Below are positions 1 to 14,740 of a stretch of 64,000 nucleotides of DNA, in pieces (positions within the stretch are counted from its first letter, which is position 1; each line of letters starts with the position of its first letter). Below the pieces are notes generated by a model. It did not search any database and was not told the origin of the DNA. It was given only the letters and a program-made list of their open reading frames with translations. Where the stretch lies: NCBI GenBank assembly GCA_000165345.1, contig CM000433.1, positions 128,001 to 192,000 on the forward strand, read 5' to 3'. A program made the position numbers and the translations under genes.

Positions 1-1363
1 CTTCTTGTCTAAGTTCGTGAAGATTTCCTTTCTTCCCAAGCTTATTAAGAATACTAATAATTTCACCAAAAAGAATTATATTGTCGTAAGTGTGTGCTGA
101 AGCAAGAATACGCAGTAGTTCTTCTTGAAGTACGAATTTTACTGCATTTATTCTCTCAACTTCTTTTTCATTAATTTGAATGAAAAGTTCCTTTGAGAGT
201 TCTATTATCGAGGAAATGAATCTGCTAAGATAAATTCCTTTTGAACTACAAAGCCAACCTATAAATTGAATCCAGTAACATATATTGAGGTAATTAATTT
301 CTTTCAATCTCAATAAAAATCTTCCTGATAATTCTATTGAATCTGAAATACTTCTAATAACATTTTCAAAAACTGTTATCGAACTTTTACATAAAATTAC
401 TTCTATTGGTAAAATACATCCAAATTGATTAAAATAAACATAATTACCATTACTTTGATGATCGTATGTTACTATTACTCTTGAATTCTTTTTTTGATTC
501 AAATTAAAGTTACCTGGATAATCCCAACATTGGTGATTTACTCTATTTCTTGACTCTATTATTAAATTTGATTTTACCTCTTGTAAAATATTTGTATTAA
601 TCATACATATACGTAATATTTTAAAGGCTAATTTAAGTGTCTTCTTATATAATGCCTCTCTTTTCCATTCATCATCTATTTGATAAGAATTTAAAATCAC
701 TAAATCTCGATCTTTTTGTTTATTATTAATTGTTCCACCATTACCATAAGTTTCTAATATTTTTGAGATTAATTTAATTAATGAATAAAAACTATTTAAT
801 GATTCATCTGTTGCTAAATGTAATTTTCTGCAAATTTCAGAATCCCACCAAGAATCCTTATTAAATGTGCTTTCTTGTAATTCTTCTATTTGTTTATAGC
901 TTTCCTCTTTTTCAATTATTAATTGTTTAATAGAATATGGTAAAAGTAAATCAGAAATTATTACCTCAATTTGATTATATAATATATCAATTATAGCCTT
1001 AATTACATTAATATCATTATCATTAATCAAATTTGAAAGTTTAACAGTAACTAAGCAAGTAAATATTGGATCAATCTTCAAAATCTTTTCTAAATTCTTT
1101 GCTAATTTTACTCTTACATTAAAATCTTGGTCAAATCTACAATTTACTAATTCTTCAATTACCTTAATAGCTTTAAAATATTCATTATATAAATTTTTTA
1201 TTTCAATATTTGAAAATTTTCTATTATTAAGATTCTTATCATCAGTATTAGTATTTATATTCAATTCTTGCCTCAATTTAAATCCTTGTATCTTTCTTTG
1301 TACTGATAATTGCAAAAATTGGGAAAGTAAATTCTTATCGTCATCATCAATTTCCAAGCTCAT
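1..1363 (-). CDS. Hypothetical protein, N-terminal part only; the gene runs off the left edge of the window.
   Basis: ATG at 1363..1361 (preceded in frame by TGA). The minus-strand frame is open for all 454 codons to position 1 (MSLEIDDDDKNLLSQFLQ...). No domain I can recognise from sequence alone. Confidence 0.5.
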   Translation of the reverse strand, partial: MSLEIDDDDKNLLSQFLQLSVQRKIQGFKLRQELNINTNTDDKNLNNRKFSNIEIKNLYNEYFKAIKVIEELVNCRFDQDFNVRVKLAKNLEKILKIDPIFTCLVTVKLSNLINDNDINVIKAIIDILYNQIEVIISDLLLPYSIKQLIIEKEESYKQIEELQESTFNKDSWWDSEICRKLHLATDESLNSFYSLIKLISKILETYGNGGTINNKQKDRDLVILNSYQIDDEWKREALYKKTLKLAFKILRICMINTNILQEVKSNLIIESRNRVNHQCWDYPGNFNLNQKKNSRVIVTYDHQSNGNYVYFNQFGCILPIEVILCKSSITVFENVIRSISDSIELSGRFLLRLKEINYLNICYWIQFIGWLCSSKGIYLSRFISSIIELSKELFIQINEKEVERINAVKFVLQEELLRILASAHTYDNIILFGEIISILNKLGKKGNLHELRQE

Positions 1364-1998
1364 TATTCAATTAATTCTTCTTTTCAATGAAATTATGTAA
1401 TATTGTATTTGTATAGTGCTAATTAATACTTTTAGTAATTACCTTTTCATTAACTGAGAAGTAAATGTTAAATTAAAAATAACTTAATTTATTAATTCTT
1501 TCATATGAATCAACGAGTTATAATTAATTTTTATTAACTGGAAAAAAAAAATTAAAATGAGTTGAATTTATAATATATATTTATATAATTTTACTGGTAC
1601 CAAAAATAAATAAAATAATTATTCAATTAATGAAATATTAGTTTCTTCATCTAGCATTTCATTTCGTAAACACAATAACCTGTGTTATAACAATTTATTT
1701 TAGTATTCTAATGTTTTCCTTTTAAAGTTTAATTGAAAAATTACTGTGGGAAACACAATTAGTCGGTATCAAACACTTTAATATATGATTTCCTTTTGAG
1801 TAAATTCTCTATCTTATTTTTATATTTTATAATAATAATATTGATTATTCCAGTAATTATTTTAAATTTTAATATTCCAGATTTATTTTCAACGAAAAAT
1901 CACATATAATTTGACAATTTTTTCCATTTATTTTAATTATTTTTTTTAAAAAAAATTATAAATATATATATGTAAATATATATATATTCGGTACCGTT

Positions 1999-2031
1999 AT
2001 TGGCGCCAATGCCATGATCACCTTTGGCGCC
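1999..2031. promoter_or_regulatory. Two tandem palindromic E2F-like boxes (ATTGGCGCCAAT at 1999-2010; TTTGGCGCCAAT at 2023-2034) about 100-130 bp upstream of the CTU1 ATG.
   Basis: Perfect GGCGCC-core palindromes. The same core recurs upstream of many other genes in the window (see findings). Confidence 0.4.
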
Positions 2032-2129
2032 AATAGCTGAATTAAAATTAAATGTCAAATGAAGATTAAAATAAAGTTAAAAAAAAAAAAATAGTTGGAA
2101 TTTATACGAATATATCGAGCAATCAGATA

Positions 2130-3327
2130 ATGAGCAGTATTGTGAGTTGTTACTACTGTAAGGAAGGGAAGGTTGTAATGAAAAGGTGCAAAACAGGGTA
2201 CCTAAGTTGCAAGAAATGTTTTATTGATAACTTTGAAGAGGAGGTACATGAATATATAATGGAAAATAGGTAAGTAAATAATGATTGAATGGAACTTTCC
2301 ATTAAGAAAAATTTGAATAGGTTTTTAATATGACTGCGTTTCATATTTAATACCTTATTGTTAATATTTAAAATTCTAACTTGTTTTAATTATCTTATTT
2401 TATTGAATGAAATACAGTATGTTTAAAAGAGGAAATAGAGTTGGAGTATGTATTTCAGGAGGAAAGGATTCAAGTGTTTTATTAAATGTATTATATGAAC
2501 TAAATAAAAGAAAAGATTACGGTATAGAATTGGAATTAATTGCGGTAGATGAAGGAATTAAGGGATATAGGGATGACTCTCTAGAAGTTGTTAAATATCA
2601 GCAGGAATACTACAATTGTCCCTTAACTATTCTATCCTTTAAAGATATGTTTAATACAACAATGGACGAAATTCAAAGTAAATCAAGCAAATCAAATTCG
2701 TGCACATATTGTGGTGTATTTAGAAGAAAAGCATTAGATATTGGAAGCTATAAAGTTAATGCTGATGTTATTTGTACAGGTCATAGTTGCGATGATACAT
2801 GTGAAACTTTATTATTAAATATACTACGTGGCGATTTTAATAGATTAAGAAGATGTATTAACCCAATAACAAATAATGAGATTACTACAACTAAAGATCA
2901 AATGCAAAATCATGATTCTCAAAATGAAGCTTTCTTAAATATAAAGCCTAGAGTTAAGCCTTTAATGTATTGTTATGAAAAAGAAATTGTATTATATGCG
3001 CATTATCTTAACCTCAAATATTTCTCAACAGAATGTACTTATTCTGTGGATGCATATAGAGGAGTTTCACGTGAATTCATACGTAAGATTCAAAGCTTTG
3101 ATTACAAATACTCTTTCAATATGATACTTGCAGCTCAAGAACTTAACCTTGAACAGTCTAATTCTAGTCCCAATTATATAGCTAGAAAATGTACTATTTG
3201 TGGATACATTTCATCATCTACTATTTGTAATGGATGCAACCTTATTAACGCTCTTAAACATGATAATCCAAACTTAATTCTTAAAAATCAAAGACAGAAA
3301 AAGAAAATTTTATTGCAAGAAAGTTAA
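2130..3327 (+). CDS. CTU1: Cytoplasmic tRNA 2-thiolation protein 1 (CTU1/NCS6/ATPBD3, PP-loop ATPase). Two exons: join(2130..2269, 2418..3327), intron 2270..2417 (148 nt, GTAAGT...ACAG), 349 aa.
   Basis: Exon 2 carries the SGGKDS PP-loop, CTYCGVFRR, and the C-terminal CxxC...CxxC. Exon 1 encodes MSSIVSCYYCKEGKVVMKRCKTGYLSCKKCFIDNFEEEVHEYIMEN. That is the conserved N-terminal CxxC...LCxxCF..FE.EVH zinc-finger of Ncs6/CTU1. The splice is phase-2 consistent (AG+T = Ser). The ORF-track start at 2407 is internal. Confidence 0.85.
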
Positions 3328-3611
3328 TATAAATCAATTATAAGTCTGCCCGCTTTAACACATAATATAATATTTCTTGATAATTATTTTATTACCAAGT
3401 GTTACATACATGATATATTTCAACTCAATATTTACAATATTATCAAATATGTATTATATATTCTATCAAATTCAATCTACAAATAATAAATCATACTTTA
3501 TTATTATTTTTTTTTTATTTACTAATTTACAACTCTCCTCACTTTTTCCTCACTTTTTCACACATCTCACAATATTTTAATATGACCCAATTTTTACCAC
3601 TCGTTAGCGTC

Positions 3612-3687
3612 GCCTTCGTAGCATAGTCTTGGTTATTGCGTCGGTCTTGTAAACCGAAGGTCACGAGTTCGAATCTCGTCGAAGGCT
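3612..3687 (+). tRNA. tRNA-Thr, anticodon UGU.
   Basis: Cloverleaf read by hand. Acceptor GCCTTCG/CGAAGGC. Anticodon stem TCGGT/ACCGA with loop CTTGTAA (U33, anticodon TGT, A37). T-arm ACGAG-TTCGAAT-CTCGT (B-box GTTCGAATC). Discriminator T. Confidence 0.85.
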
Positions 3688-3689
3688 CG

Positions 3690-3694
3690 TTTTT
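3690..3694 (+). terminator. Pol III terminator T-run (TTTTT) 3 nt after the tRNA-Thr discriminator base.
   Basis: ...gaaggcTCGTTTTTacg. A run of 5 or more T's directly downstream of a tRNA. Confidence 0.5.
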
Positions 3695-4167
3695 ACGAAT
3701 TTCTCAAATTGTTTAACCTTGGGGCCCCCCTTTCCCGCTAAAACTAAATAGCGCGTGTACAAGTAAACGTGTAATTTATTATTTAAGTATTTTTTTAATA
3801 AAAATTTTGATTTTTTTTCAAGTATTAATAAATGTTATTAAAAATATTTATTTATATAATTAAACTCAACTATATGCTTTAAATTCCCAGTTTTTTTTTA
3901 ATTTACTATCATTTAACTAAGTGAATATTTCAAAAGCACTCGCTTGTGCCGCTCAAAAATTTTATTCTTGAAAATTAAACTAATTACATGTAATACTATT
4001 CAATAATATAAATTTCCTTTTCATTTCACGAACTTATTACTTAAAAAACTATCTATAACTGTATCAATTTTTTCCTATTAATACTCTATTATTATGAATA
4101 TCATCAATAGTTATTTGAAATATACTCTATAGGGAAATTAATTGAAAAAAAAAATAACGCGAATCAT

Positions 4168-4992
4168 TTAAAATAAAATTCCTTCATTCTTTTGCTCCAA
4201 AATTGAATCACCAGAGTTCTTGATTGTATCGTATGAGGAGGAATCGTTTTCTTTAGAATTACTTTTATCCTTCTTTAGTTTCTCTTGAAGTTCAGCTTCT
4301 GCCCATTCCTTCTTCTTCTCTTGAATCTTCTTCAATCTAAAGAATTCTTCTCTCTCAATTTCATCCAATTCTCTTAAAATGTAATTCATACCATCCTCTA
4401 ATTTTGGTAAAACTACATTCTGTAATGCATTTACACGACGATTTGTCATCTTAATCTCTTCATCTAAAGAAAAGAATGCAGTCTGTAAGCTAGCTAACTT
4501 GACTAAATCCCTTAATACTTTCATGTAAATTTCTCTAGTTGATTGAATTACTTGACCTCCACTTGCTACACCAATATGACATGTTTCTGTAGATGAATTA
4601 TTATCAACATTCATCTCAAAAATTGGTAATCTAACACCTGCAATATTCTCAGTACCAACTTCCATTGTTACTGTTGGTCTTTTACATGATTCTATGATTC
4701 TATCTTTGAAATCACCAGCTGCCCATGTTGCCTTTGCCAATGCAAATGACGCTTCTTTAATATCATTACCTATTGAACGTTTTGTTTCAACAATTTCTTT
4801 TAACATTCCTCTAAATTTGTTTGATAAAGCATCACTCTTTCTTTTCAATAAATCATATCCTTGTTTTGCTCCTTTGCTCTTCAACTTTATTGCTTGTAAA
4901 GCCCTATAAATTAACAATTAATTTTCAATATTAAAAATTATTCTATATAAATTGTAAACTTACATTCGACTTGGTGTTGGTTTCTGATCCAT
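4168..4992 (-). CDS. V-type proton ATPase subunit D. Two exons: join(4168..4903, 4964..4992), 60-nt intron 4904..4963, about 254 aa.
   Basis: Strong similarity to V1 subunit D throughout (LKRKSDAL, ASLQTAFFSLDEEIKMTNRRVNALQNVVLPK, RLKKIQEKKK). The ORF-track start at 4917 is a TTG. The upstream 29-nt exon is ATGGATCAGAAACCAACACCAAGTCGAAT|GTAAGT. It splices (AT+G) to give MDQKPTPSRMALQAIKLK, matching the conserved PSRMAQT N-terminus. Confidence 0.85.
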
Positions 4993-5563
4993 TTTTCTTT
5001 TTTCACTAAAACACTATTTTCTCCTTTAAATTGCTTTTGTTTTACTAATAATTAAATTATTTATCTATTTATCTTCCTCTTATTTATATATAACCACTTT
5101 ATTCTAAATACTATCCTATATTGTTATTATTTATATATATATATACATATATTCAATTACTGATATCCAATTAAAGAGAAAATATTATTTATACTTCCTA
5201 TTATTATCCTTTGATAATATTTTATTTATTTATTTATTTTTCTCTCTTTTATTTTTATTATTATTATTATTTTTTTTGCCTCCTTTTTTTTTAACGAGAA
5301 AAAAAAAATTCGAATTTTTCCGATAATTTATATTAAAAAATAATTTCGGCGGGAACTCGTGGGGATTTGACCGCCATTTCACTATATAGGTATCGAGATC
5401 TTTATAAGTAATGAAAATAATTAATTAATTAGTTACATGTAAAAAAAAATTATAATTTTTTTTTTTTCTTTTTTGTGTTCTTTAAAATTATTATAAATGC
5501 AATTTTTTATTATTTATATTTATTTAAAAAATAATAATAATATTAATAAAAATAATAATAATA

Positions 5564-7556
5564 ATGAATTACCAACTTTTTTTATTTTATTATTTAATTA
5601 TTAACTGTTTAATATATGCATTTTATTGTAATGATGAAATTACATATTTAAAGGAAAAGGTGAAATTTATAATATTTGATGACTTTCATATTGGACCAGA
5701 TGTAAGTAATTTAATTTATTATAATTAAATTATTATTAAATAATAAATTTTCTTATTCTATTTTTTTTTTTTTTAAATAGAATAAATCCATTTTAGATAT
5801 TTTATTAATTGATAATAAGATTCCAAAAGATAATGTATATTATTTATCAGAAAATATTCCATACAAATATCCACAAGATACATTATTATTACCTATACTA
5901 TTTAGATATGTTAAAGAATCCAATAATAATAATTTTGATTGGTTTTTTATAATTAATTCTTATACACGTTTTAATCCAATATTATTAAATGAATTATTAT
6001 TTAAATTAAATAAAGAACAAACAATATTTGAAAAGATACAAAATGTTCCAAATATTAGTAGTAATATTAAATCTCCAAATAATAATTTTATTGGTGTTCA
6101 AATTAATGACAATGTTCCATCTATAGTACATCATTATAATTTGGATAAAAATTTTAAATATCCATTCCATCATTCTGGATATGCTATTAGAAGATTTACT
6201 ATTGAATCTTTACAAGTATCAATAAAATCATCATCAAATTATATTAATAATAAAAATAATTACAAAATTTATACTGATGTAAATTTTGAGGTATGTTATT
6301 TCATTATGAGTTTACTATTAATAATAATAAAATTAATTAATTTATAGTTATCAAAATTAATTTATGATGAATTAAATATTAAATTAAAAGATATACCAGA
6401 ATTTTGTATAAATATTGATGATACTGATCCAAAATATCATAAAAAAAATAGTATAATACCAAAAAAATGTATTACTTGGTCAATATCTTATCGAATTTCA
6501 AATAATTGTGTATCATTTTCACTTCCTTAAATAATATAAATCAAAAATATATTATTAATCCAAATGAAGTTGTTATTGCCATAAAAACTACTCAAAAATA
6601 CCATAATAATCGTATTTCACAAATTAATCAATTATGGGCAAATAAAAAATATTTAAATTATAATTCAATTAATTCAAATCCTTATTGTAAGAATTATTTT
6701 AGTTCAATCTCACATTTAATTAAACCATTTAATGATAAATCTATTCATATTGATATTTTGAGTGATCATAATGATATTATTAATAATATACCCATAAACG
6801 ATTTAAAAACTGGAAATCAATCTAATGGTCATTGTTTAAAATTATATTCTATTATACACTTTTTATATAATAAATATATTATTAATAACATCAATTCAAA
6901 TTATAAAATCAAATATTTTGCTCTTGTTGATGATGATACTCTAATCATTCCATTTTCTTTACTTAATTCTCTAACTTATATAAATCACCAATATAATGAT
7001 AATGATCATTTTGATTTATATCTTGGATTAAGATACTCATTTGGATCTATTATTGATAATTGGTCTATTGATTATATTACTGGTAAGTTTTACCTTTTTT
7101 ATTTATTTATTTATTATTATTATTTTTTTTTTTTTACTATTNATTTAGGGGGGGGGGGTNTTATTATTAATTCAAATNCCTTATCTAANCTTGCAAAANG
7201 TAAAGGTAANGTTAAAATTTTATAATTATTCCATTATTATTTATTAATTTCAATTATAGAATGTATTTGTAATAAACCTGATGAACCTGATGATATGGCA
7301 CTTGGTAGATGGTTTAAATTTCTCAATATTAAAGCAATTAATTTTAATGGATTCCATCAAGCTGAATCAATTCACTATCATTCTTATTATAATTATTTTT
7401 CACATATTATTTCTTTTCATAAAATTGAATCAAATATTTATAATACAGCNCAAAAATATAATCCAAAAATATTTAATTTATTATATCCACNNATNGAATG
7501 ATCNNANTNNNTACNNANAAAATAATCATGATAATAATAAATTTGATGAATTATAA
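5564..7556 (+). CDS. B3GLCT: B3GLCT-like ER beta-1,3-glucosyltransferase (GT31). It has a signal peptide, an N-terminal DxD-less GT31-like domain, a C-terminal fringe-like GT31 domain with DDD, and a C-terminal KFDEL. Proposed exons: 5564..5701, 5781..6290, 6348..6507, 6570..7082, 7149..7205, 7260..~7556. The last exon contains N bases and a frameshift.
   Basis: Exon 1 reads MNYQLFLFYYLIINCLIYAFYC... (signal). Domain 1 has WFFIINSYTRFNP (DxD lost) and HHYNLDKNFKYPFHHSGYAIRRF. Domain 2 has VVIAIKTTQKYH, NGHCLKLYSIIHFL, YFALVDDDTLI, LYLGLRYSFGS, DYITG|GGGG.IINSN.LS.LAK, PDEPDDMALGRWF, FHQAES. These match human B3GLCT motif for motif (FVAVKTCKKFH, GHCGKTF, VIVDDDTLI, YITGGGGMVFS, PDDMVLG, FHQA). 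It ends ...NKFDEL* (human ends REEL). Introns are canonical GTAAGT/GTATGT...TAG and phase-consistent. Confidence 0.6.
7142..7518. other. Low-quality or ambiguous assembly segment: at least 16 N bases around a G10-11 homopolymer and at the 3' end of the B3GLCT-like gene.
   Basis: n at 7142, 7160, 7178, 7190, 7199, 7210, 7450, 7491-92, 7495, 7504-05, 7507, 7509-11, 7515-16, 7518. Confidence 0.9.
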
Positions 7557-7864
7557 TAAACAGTAATTATTACTAAGTTATTATTGTTTTTTTTTTTTTA
7601 TCATTTCCATTTTATCTTAAAATTACGTGTCATGTTAAATTTTAATGTCAAAATAAAACAGCCCGCCTTTTTGTTTAATACTTGTAATAATTTAATATTA
7701 TTCTTAAAATAATAATAAAATTATTACAAGCTTCCCACATTTTTTTTATTACCAATAATTTAGTTAAAATAATCCATAATATGTTAAAATTTTTTTAACA
7801 TATTTATATATATATGTATATATGAATCCATATATTTAAACATTTAATATACTTGCTATAAATT

Positions 7865-10859
<2,995 letters not shown>

Positions 10860-10873
<14 letters not shown>

Positions 10874-13758
10874 TCATTGGAATATTATATGTATTAGCAA
10901 AAGCTCTCGTTAAACATATTTTTTTTTTCTTTTCAGTTACTTTAACTTTTTCTTTCTTATTATGTTTTACAAATGAATTCCACATTCTTGGATCACCAAT
11001 TTGCATTAATAATTTTTGATTGTTATGTAATTCTCTATAAACTAATAAATTCTTATGTTCAAAAGCATTTACTCTTTTTAATCCATTTTCACTAGATGGA
11101 CACTTTAAACAATCTTCTCTTACACATTCTCTTAAACCACAATGATATGGAATAATATTTTGATCTTTAATTGTTAATGGATATGGTATTGATAAATTAC
11201 ATGAATCAAAAAATACTTTAAATGATAAATTATTATATATATTATTATAATATTTATCTTGCAAATAAGTAACAGACTCTGATTCCAAAATTTCGTCTTT
11301 TGTATTATGTAAATGTAATCTTATTGGCCAATTTACTGTTGAATTAAAAATCAATGATGCTGGTGGCACAGCCATTAATCCACATGTTGATGAATGTGAT
11401 AATTTCCAGTGAGATTTTTGACATTTATCTGAGCAATAACTAACAACAAAACAACGTCTGCAATATCTAAAATCTAATTCTCCCTTTTTTTCTTGTTTGA
11501 TTTTTATTTCTTTATTTAATTCAGCAGTTCTAACTTTTGAACCAACTGTGAAATTATTACAACTTGGATGAAAACATGGTACTTTTGCGCTTTCTTCTAA
11601 TTTTCTTGAAATTGTACTTTCCTATATTAACAAATAATAATAAATAGTTAATTTTGTTGTTAAAACTTACCTTTATTCTACGATCTGTAATCCATTCTTG
11701 TAAACGTTTTAGATCAATTTCTTGTCCATTATATAACAATCTCAAATATTTTTTAACAATTTTTGTATCTTCCAATAAAATCTGTGAAAATGACCCTTCA
11801 TTGCCGATTTCCTTTATAATTATTAAAATATGAAATAAATCATCAAACAATTAACTTACTATTAAAGCTTTTTTGAAATGTTTGTTTAACTGAATAATTG
11901 AAATTAATAAATTCTTTAAACTATCATATTCCCAATTCACCTCGTATACAAAAGAAAAATACATTGCATCAGCTAAAAATAATACTATTGGATATAATAT
12001 TGATTCTTTATATTTTGGATCGCAAACAATTGAAAATATATCCCAAATATTATATTTCTCATTATTATATCTTAAATTCATGTTAGTTTGATTTCTATCA
12101 TACCCAACAACTGAATATTCTTTTGTTTCTCGATTACTTCTGTTAATATTTTCACCACTTTTATCTAAATATATATTATCTGCATCTAATTCTGAATAAA
12201 ATTTATATCCTTGGCCAAAAGTTGAGTAAACAATATATTTATTTACGAATTCATCTGTTGAAACGTAACTTAATAATTCCTTTGAATGCCCAATTAATAA
12301 ACATTCATTCAAAAATTCAATATAGCAAGTAATTAACTTAAGATTGTTTCTATCATGTACCAAACTAATTGGAGAGTTGACCAGATGAAAGAATATTATT
12401 GAAGTCAAATTACTTGAAAAGACTCTAATAGCCAGCTGTTGAATATCCACATCTTTCGATTCAGATAATGAAGTCAATAAGGTTCTTAATGAATCAATAT
12501 TGTTAAGTAGGGATGAAATTTTAATGTAATCAACCCATAATTCCATTGGGTTGTTACAAAATAATATTAATGTATTAATTCTGCATTCATAATAATACAT
12601 CATATTTAATCTAACCAATAATCTAAGCACGCCAGGAATTTTGGTGTCAACCATTCCTGAAAGTAAATAATTGATAGCAATAAAATAATCCGGAAAAATT
12701 TGATTTCTTTGCAAATTACTTTCTGATTGATTAGAAGTATTTAGACTTTTAAGTATTTTTTCAGTTGATTGATCCCCAACTTTCAAATTATTATGTTGTG
12801 AAACAATAATAAAAAGCCATAATTCATGCACAACTGATGCCCAAAAATTTGGATTAGTAAATTTATATTTAACCACAGATAAAAGCATTGGAACTAATCC
12901 TATTAGCCTATTTGGATCAAACTGGATAAGTCCTTTTATTACAAAATCAGCGCTTGCTTCAGGTATTTTTGATATAATTGATTCTTTTACGTGTAGTAAT
13001 CTATGCCTTATTCTTGTTACCTCAGATGTATCAATATCTTCTAATAATTCAAGACCAGATAATCCCAAAACACTATGAATGGTTGTTATATCTATTTCAA
13101 TCTTTCTTTCACCCCTTCCTGAATCTTGCCCAAATTTTGTCTGGTTGAGTAATTCAGACTCGTTATTTTCTGCATTATCACTTTTTCCTTTATCTAAATT
13201 TTTTTGATTTTTTAATTCAGACTTTGATTTATTTTTAAATTTTTCAATCGCAGTTGGTAGCTTAGCCTTAATATATATACAAACTCCTCTCATCTTCTGC
13301 AAGGTCTCTCTTTCATGAAGTATTTTGCTTCTTACTAAACTTTTTTTAACTGCCAATGTATTTGTTTCCAAATACAATAGTTTGTCTACATTTTTATTTG
13401 TAATATGAGGGTGATAATCTACTGAGTAATCCATAAAAGGTTGTCTACTAGTTTCCATTTCACGAACTTTTGCTGCTGCTCTTGATATTATTTTTAATGA
13501 TGTTATTTGATTCTCCACTGTTGGAGCTCTCTTCTTTTTCACATTATTTTTTTTATCCTTTGTTTTGCCTGCTTGCTTTCCCCTTTTATCAAGTCCTTTG
13601 AAATGCGCTATTAACTTCTCGGCCTGTGTTTGTTTGTTTCCAGATTGTACTTTACTTGCTATTTTTTCTTCGACCTTATTTCCCACTTTTTTTTCTTGTT
13701 TCTCCTCCATCTTTTTACCATGATTATGAATCTTTCCCTTTAACTTTCTGAGCCCCAT
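10860..13758 (-). CDS. Lys-rich protein with a C-terminal MYND-type zinc finger. Three exons: join(10860..11621, 11671..11811, 11860..13758). Introns 11812..11859 (48 nt, GTAAGT...AAAG) and 11622..11670 (49 nt, GTAAGT...ATAG). About 933 aa.
   Basis: Three ORF-track pieces (635, 97 and 171 aa) are in one orientation. Piece 1 ends ATA|GTAAGT. Piece 2 ends WITDRRIK|GTAAGT. Exon 3 encodes CFHPSC...FRYCRRCFVVSYCSDKCQKSHWKLSHSSTC, a MYND-like C4-C2HC pattern. The N-terminal 630 aa are unrecognised. Confidence 0.6.
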
Positions 13759-14316
13759 CTTTATAATTTGGCTTATAATTTAAAAATTCTCCTTATTTTA
13801 AATTTTTTTCTATTTAAATTTTTTCATTAATATATTTTTTAAAAAATTCTGCATGCATTTCTACATGCACTTTTGTCCACATAGACTTTGGCGCCTGATG
13901 TGTTGACTATTCACGATATATTTGGAGTAATTTCTAATAATGGTCATAATAATCATATAAAATAGCTTATGAAATAATTTAATAATAGTTTATATCATGG
14001 TTTTATTTAGAGTTGAAGATTAGCTGAGAGTTTTGAGAGGTGAAGAATAATGTAATATAAATTACTAAAATATTCTATTTTATTAAATTGCGACAAATCG
14101 AAATAATTTGGGAAAACAAATAATTTATCAATATTAAGAATAAATTCTTTTATAAAATTTCTTAATATTTTTCTTAAGTCCTTATCGGCAGTTATGAATA
14201 ATCCCGGACGTAAAGTAAATGAAATAAAATCTAATTCAAAAATGACTAATAAAAATGGGAAAAACCCCTAACCTAATAAAATATTATCTATTTAAATATG
14301 AATTTTTTAATCAAAT

Positions 14317-14724
14317 ATGATCTTTAAGACAAAAAATCAATCCAAACTTACGCAAAAAAAGTCAAATACAGAAAGCAATCACGGAAAATGTAATAATCTA
14401 ATTGAAATAAGTAAAGATATGGACAATTCTACATATAAAAAATTTATCAATCGAAAAAGAAATGTATCTATATTATTAATAGTAATTATCTTTTTATTTT
14501 TCTGGTTTTTAATCATTAATAAGCAAGAGCTTTTTTCTAATTTAATATTTTTGAAAGAAAAATTTAATTTGCTTGCAAATAAGTTTAATACAAGTTTAAA
14601 AATATTTCAAAATTATCATTTATTCAGCTTTGATGAGAATTTAACTAAAACTCTTATTGGAAAAATATATGAGCTTTTTAACAATATATATTTAACCTTC
14701 GAGAAATGTTCAAATTTTCATTAA
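14317..14724 (+). CDS. Small ORF (135 aa) with one predicted TM helix. Possibly the 5' part of the following gene.
   Basis: ATG start. Hydrophobic ILLIVIIFLFFWFLII. The stop lies 17 nt before the next ATG in a different frame. Confidence 0.3.
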   Translation: MIFKTKNQSKLTQKKSNTESNHGKCNNLIEISKDMDNSTYKKFINRKRNVSILLIVIIFLFFWFLIINKQELFSNLIFLKEKFNLLANKFNTSLKIFQNYHLFSFDENLTKTLIGKIYELFNNIYLTFEKCSNFH

Positions 14725-14740
14725 TAGTAAACTTAGTTTA

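Noticed and set aside
3377-3580. 67-aa ORF between CTU1 and tRNA-Thr.
   Set aside because: Pure low-complexity (I/F/Y/N) in an AT-rich spacer, with no ATG context or similarity. Likely non-coding.
7148-7158. G10-11 homopolymer flanked by N bases, initially suspected to be a pure sequencing artefact (poly-G in an AT-rich genome).
   Set aside because: In the B3GLCT frame it encodes Gly-Gly-Gly-Gly, exactly the conserved YITGGGG motif of B3GLCT. The run is therefore largely real, though its exact length and the flanking N bases remain uncertain.
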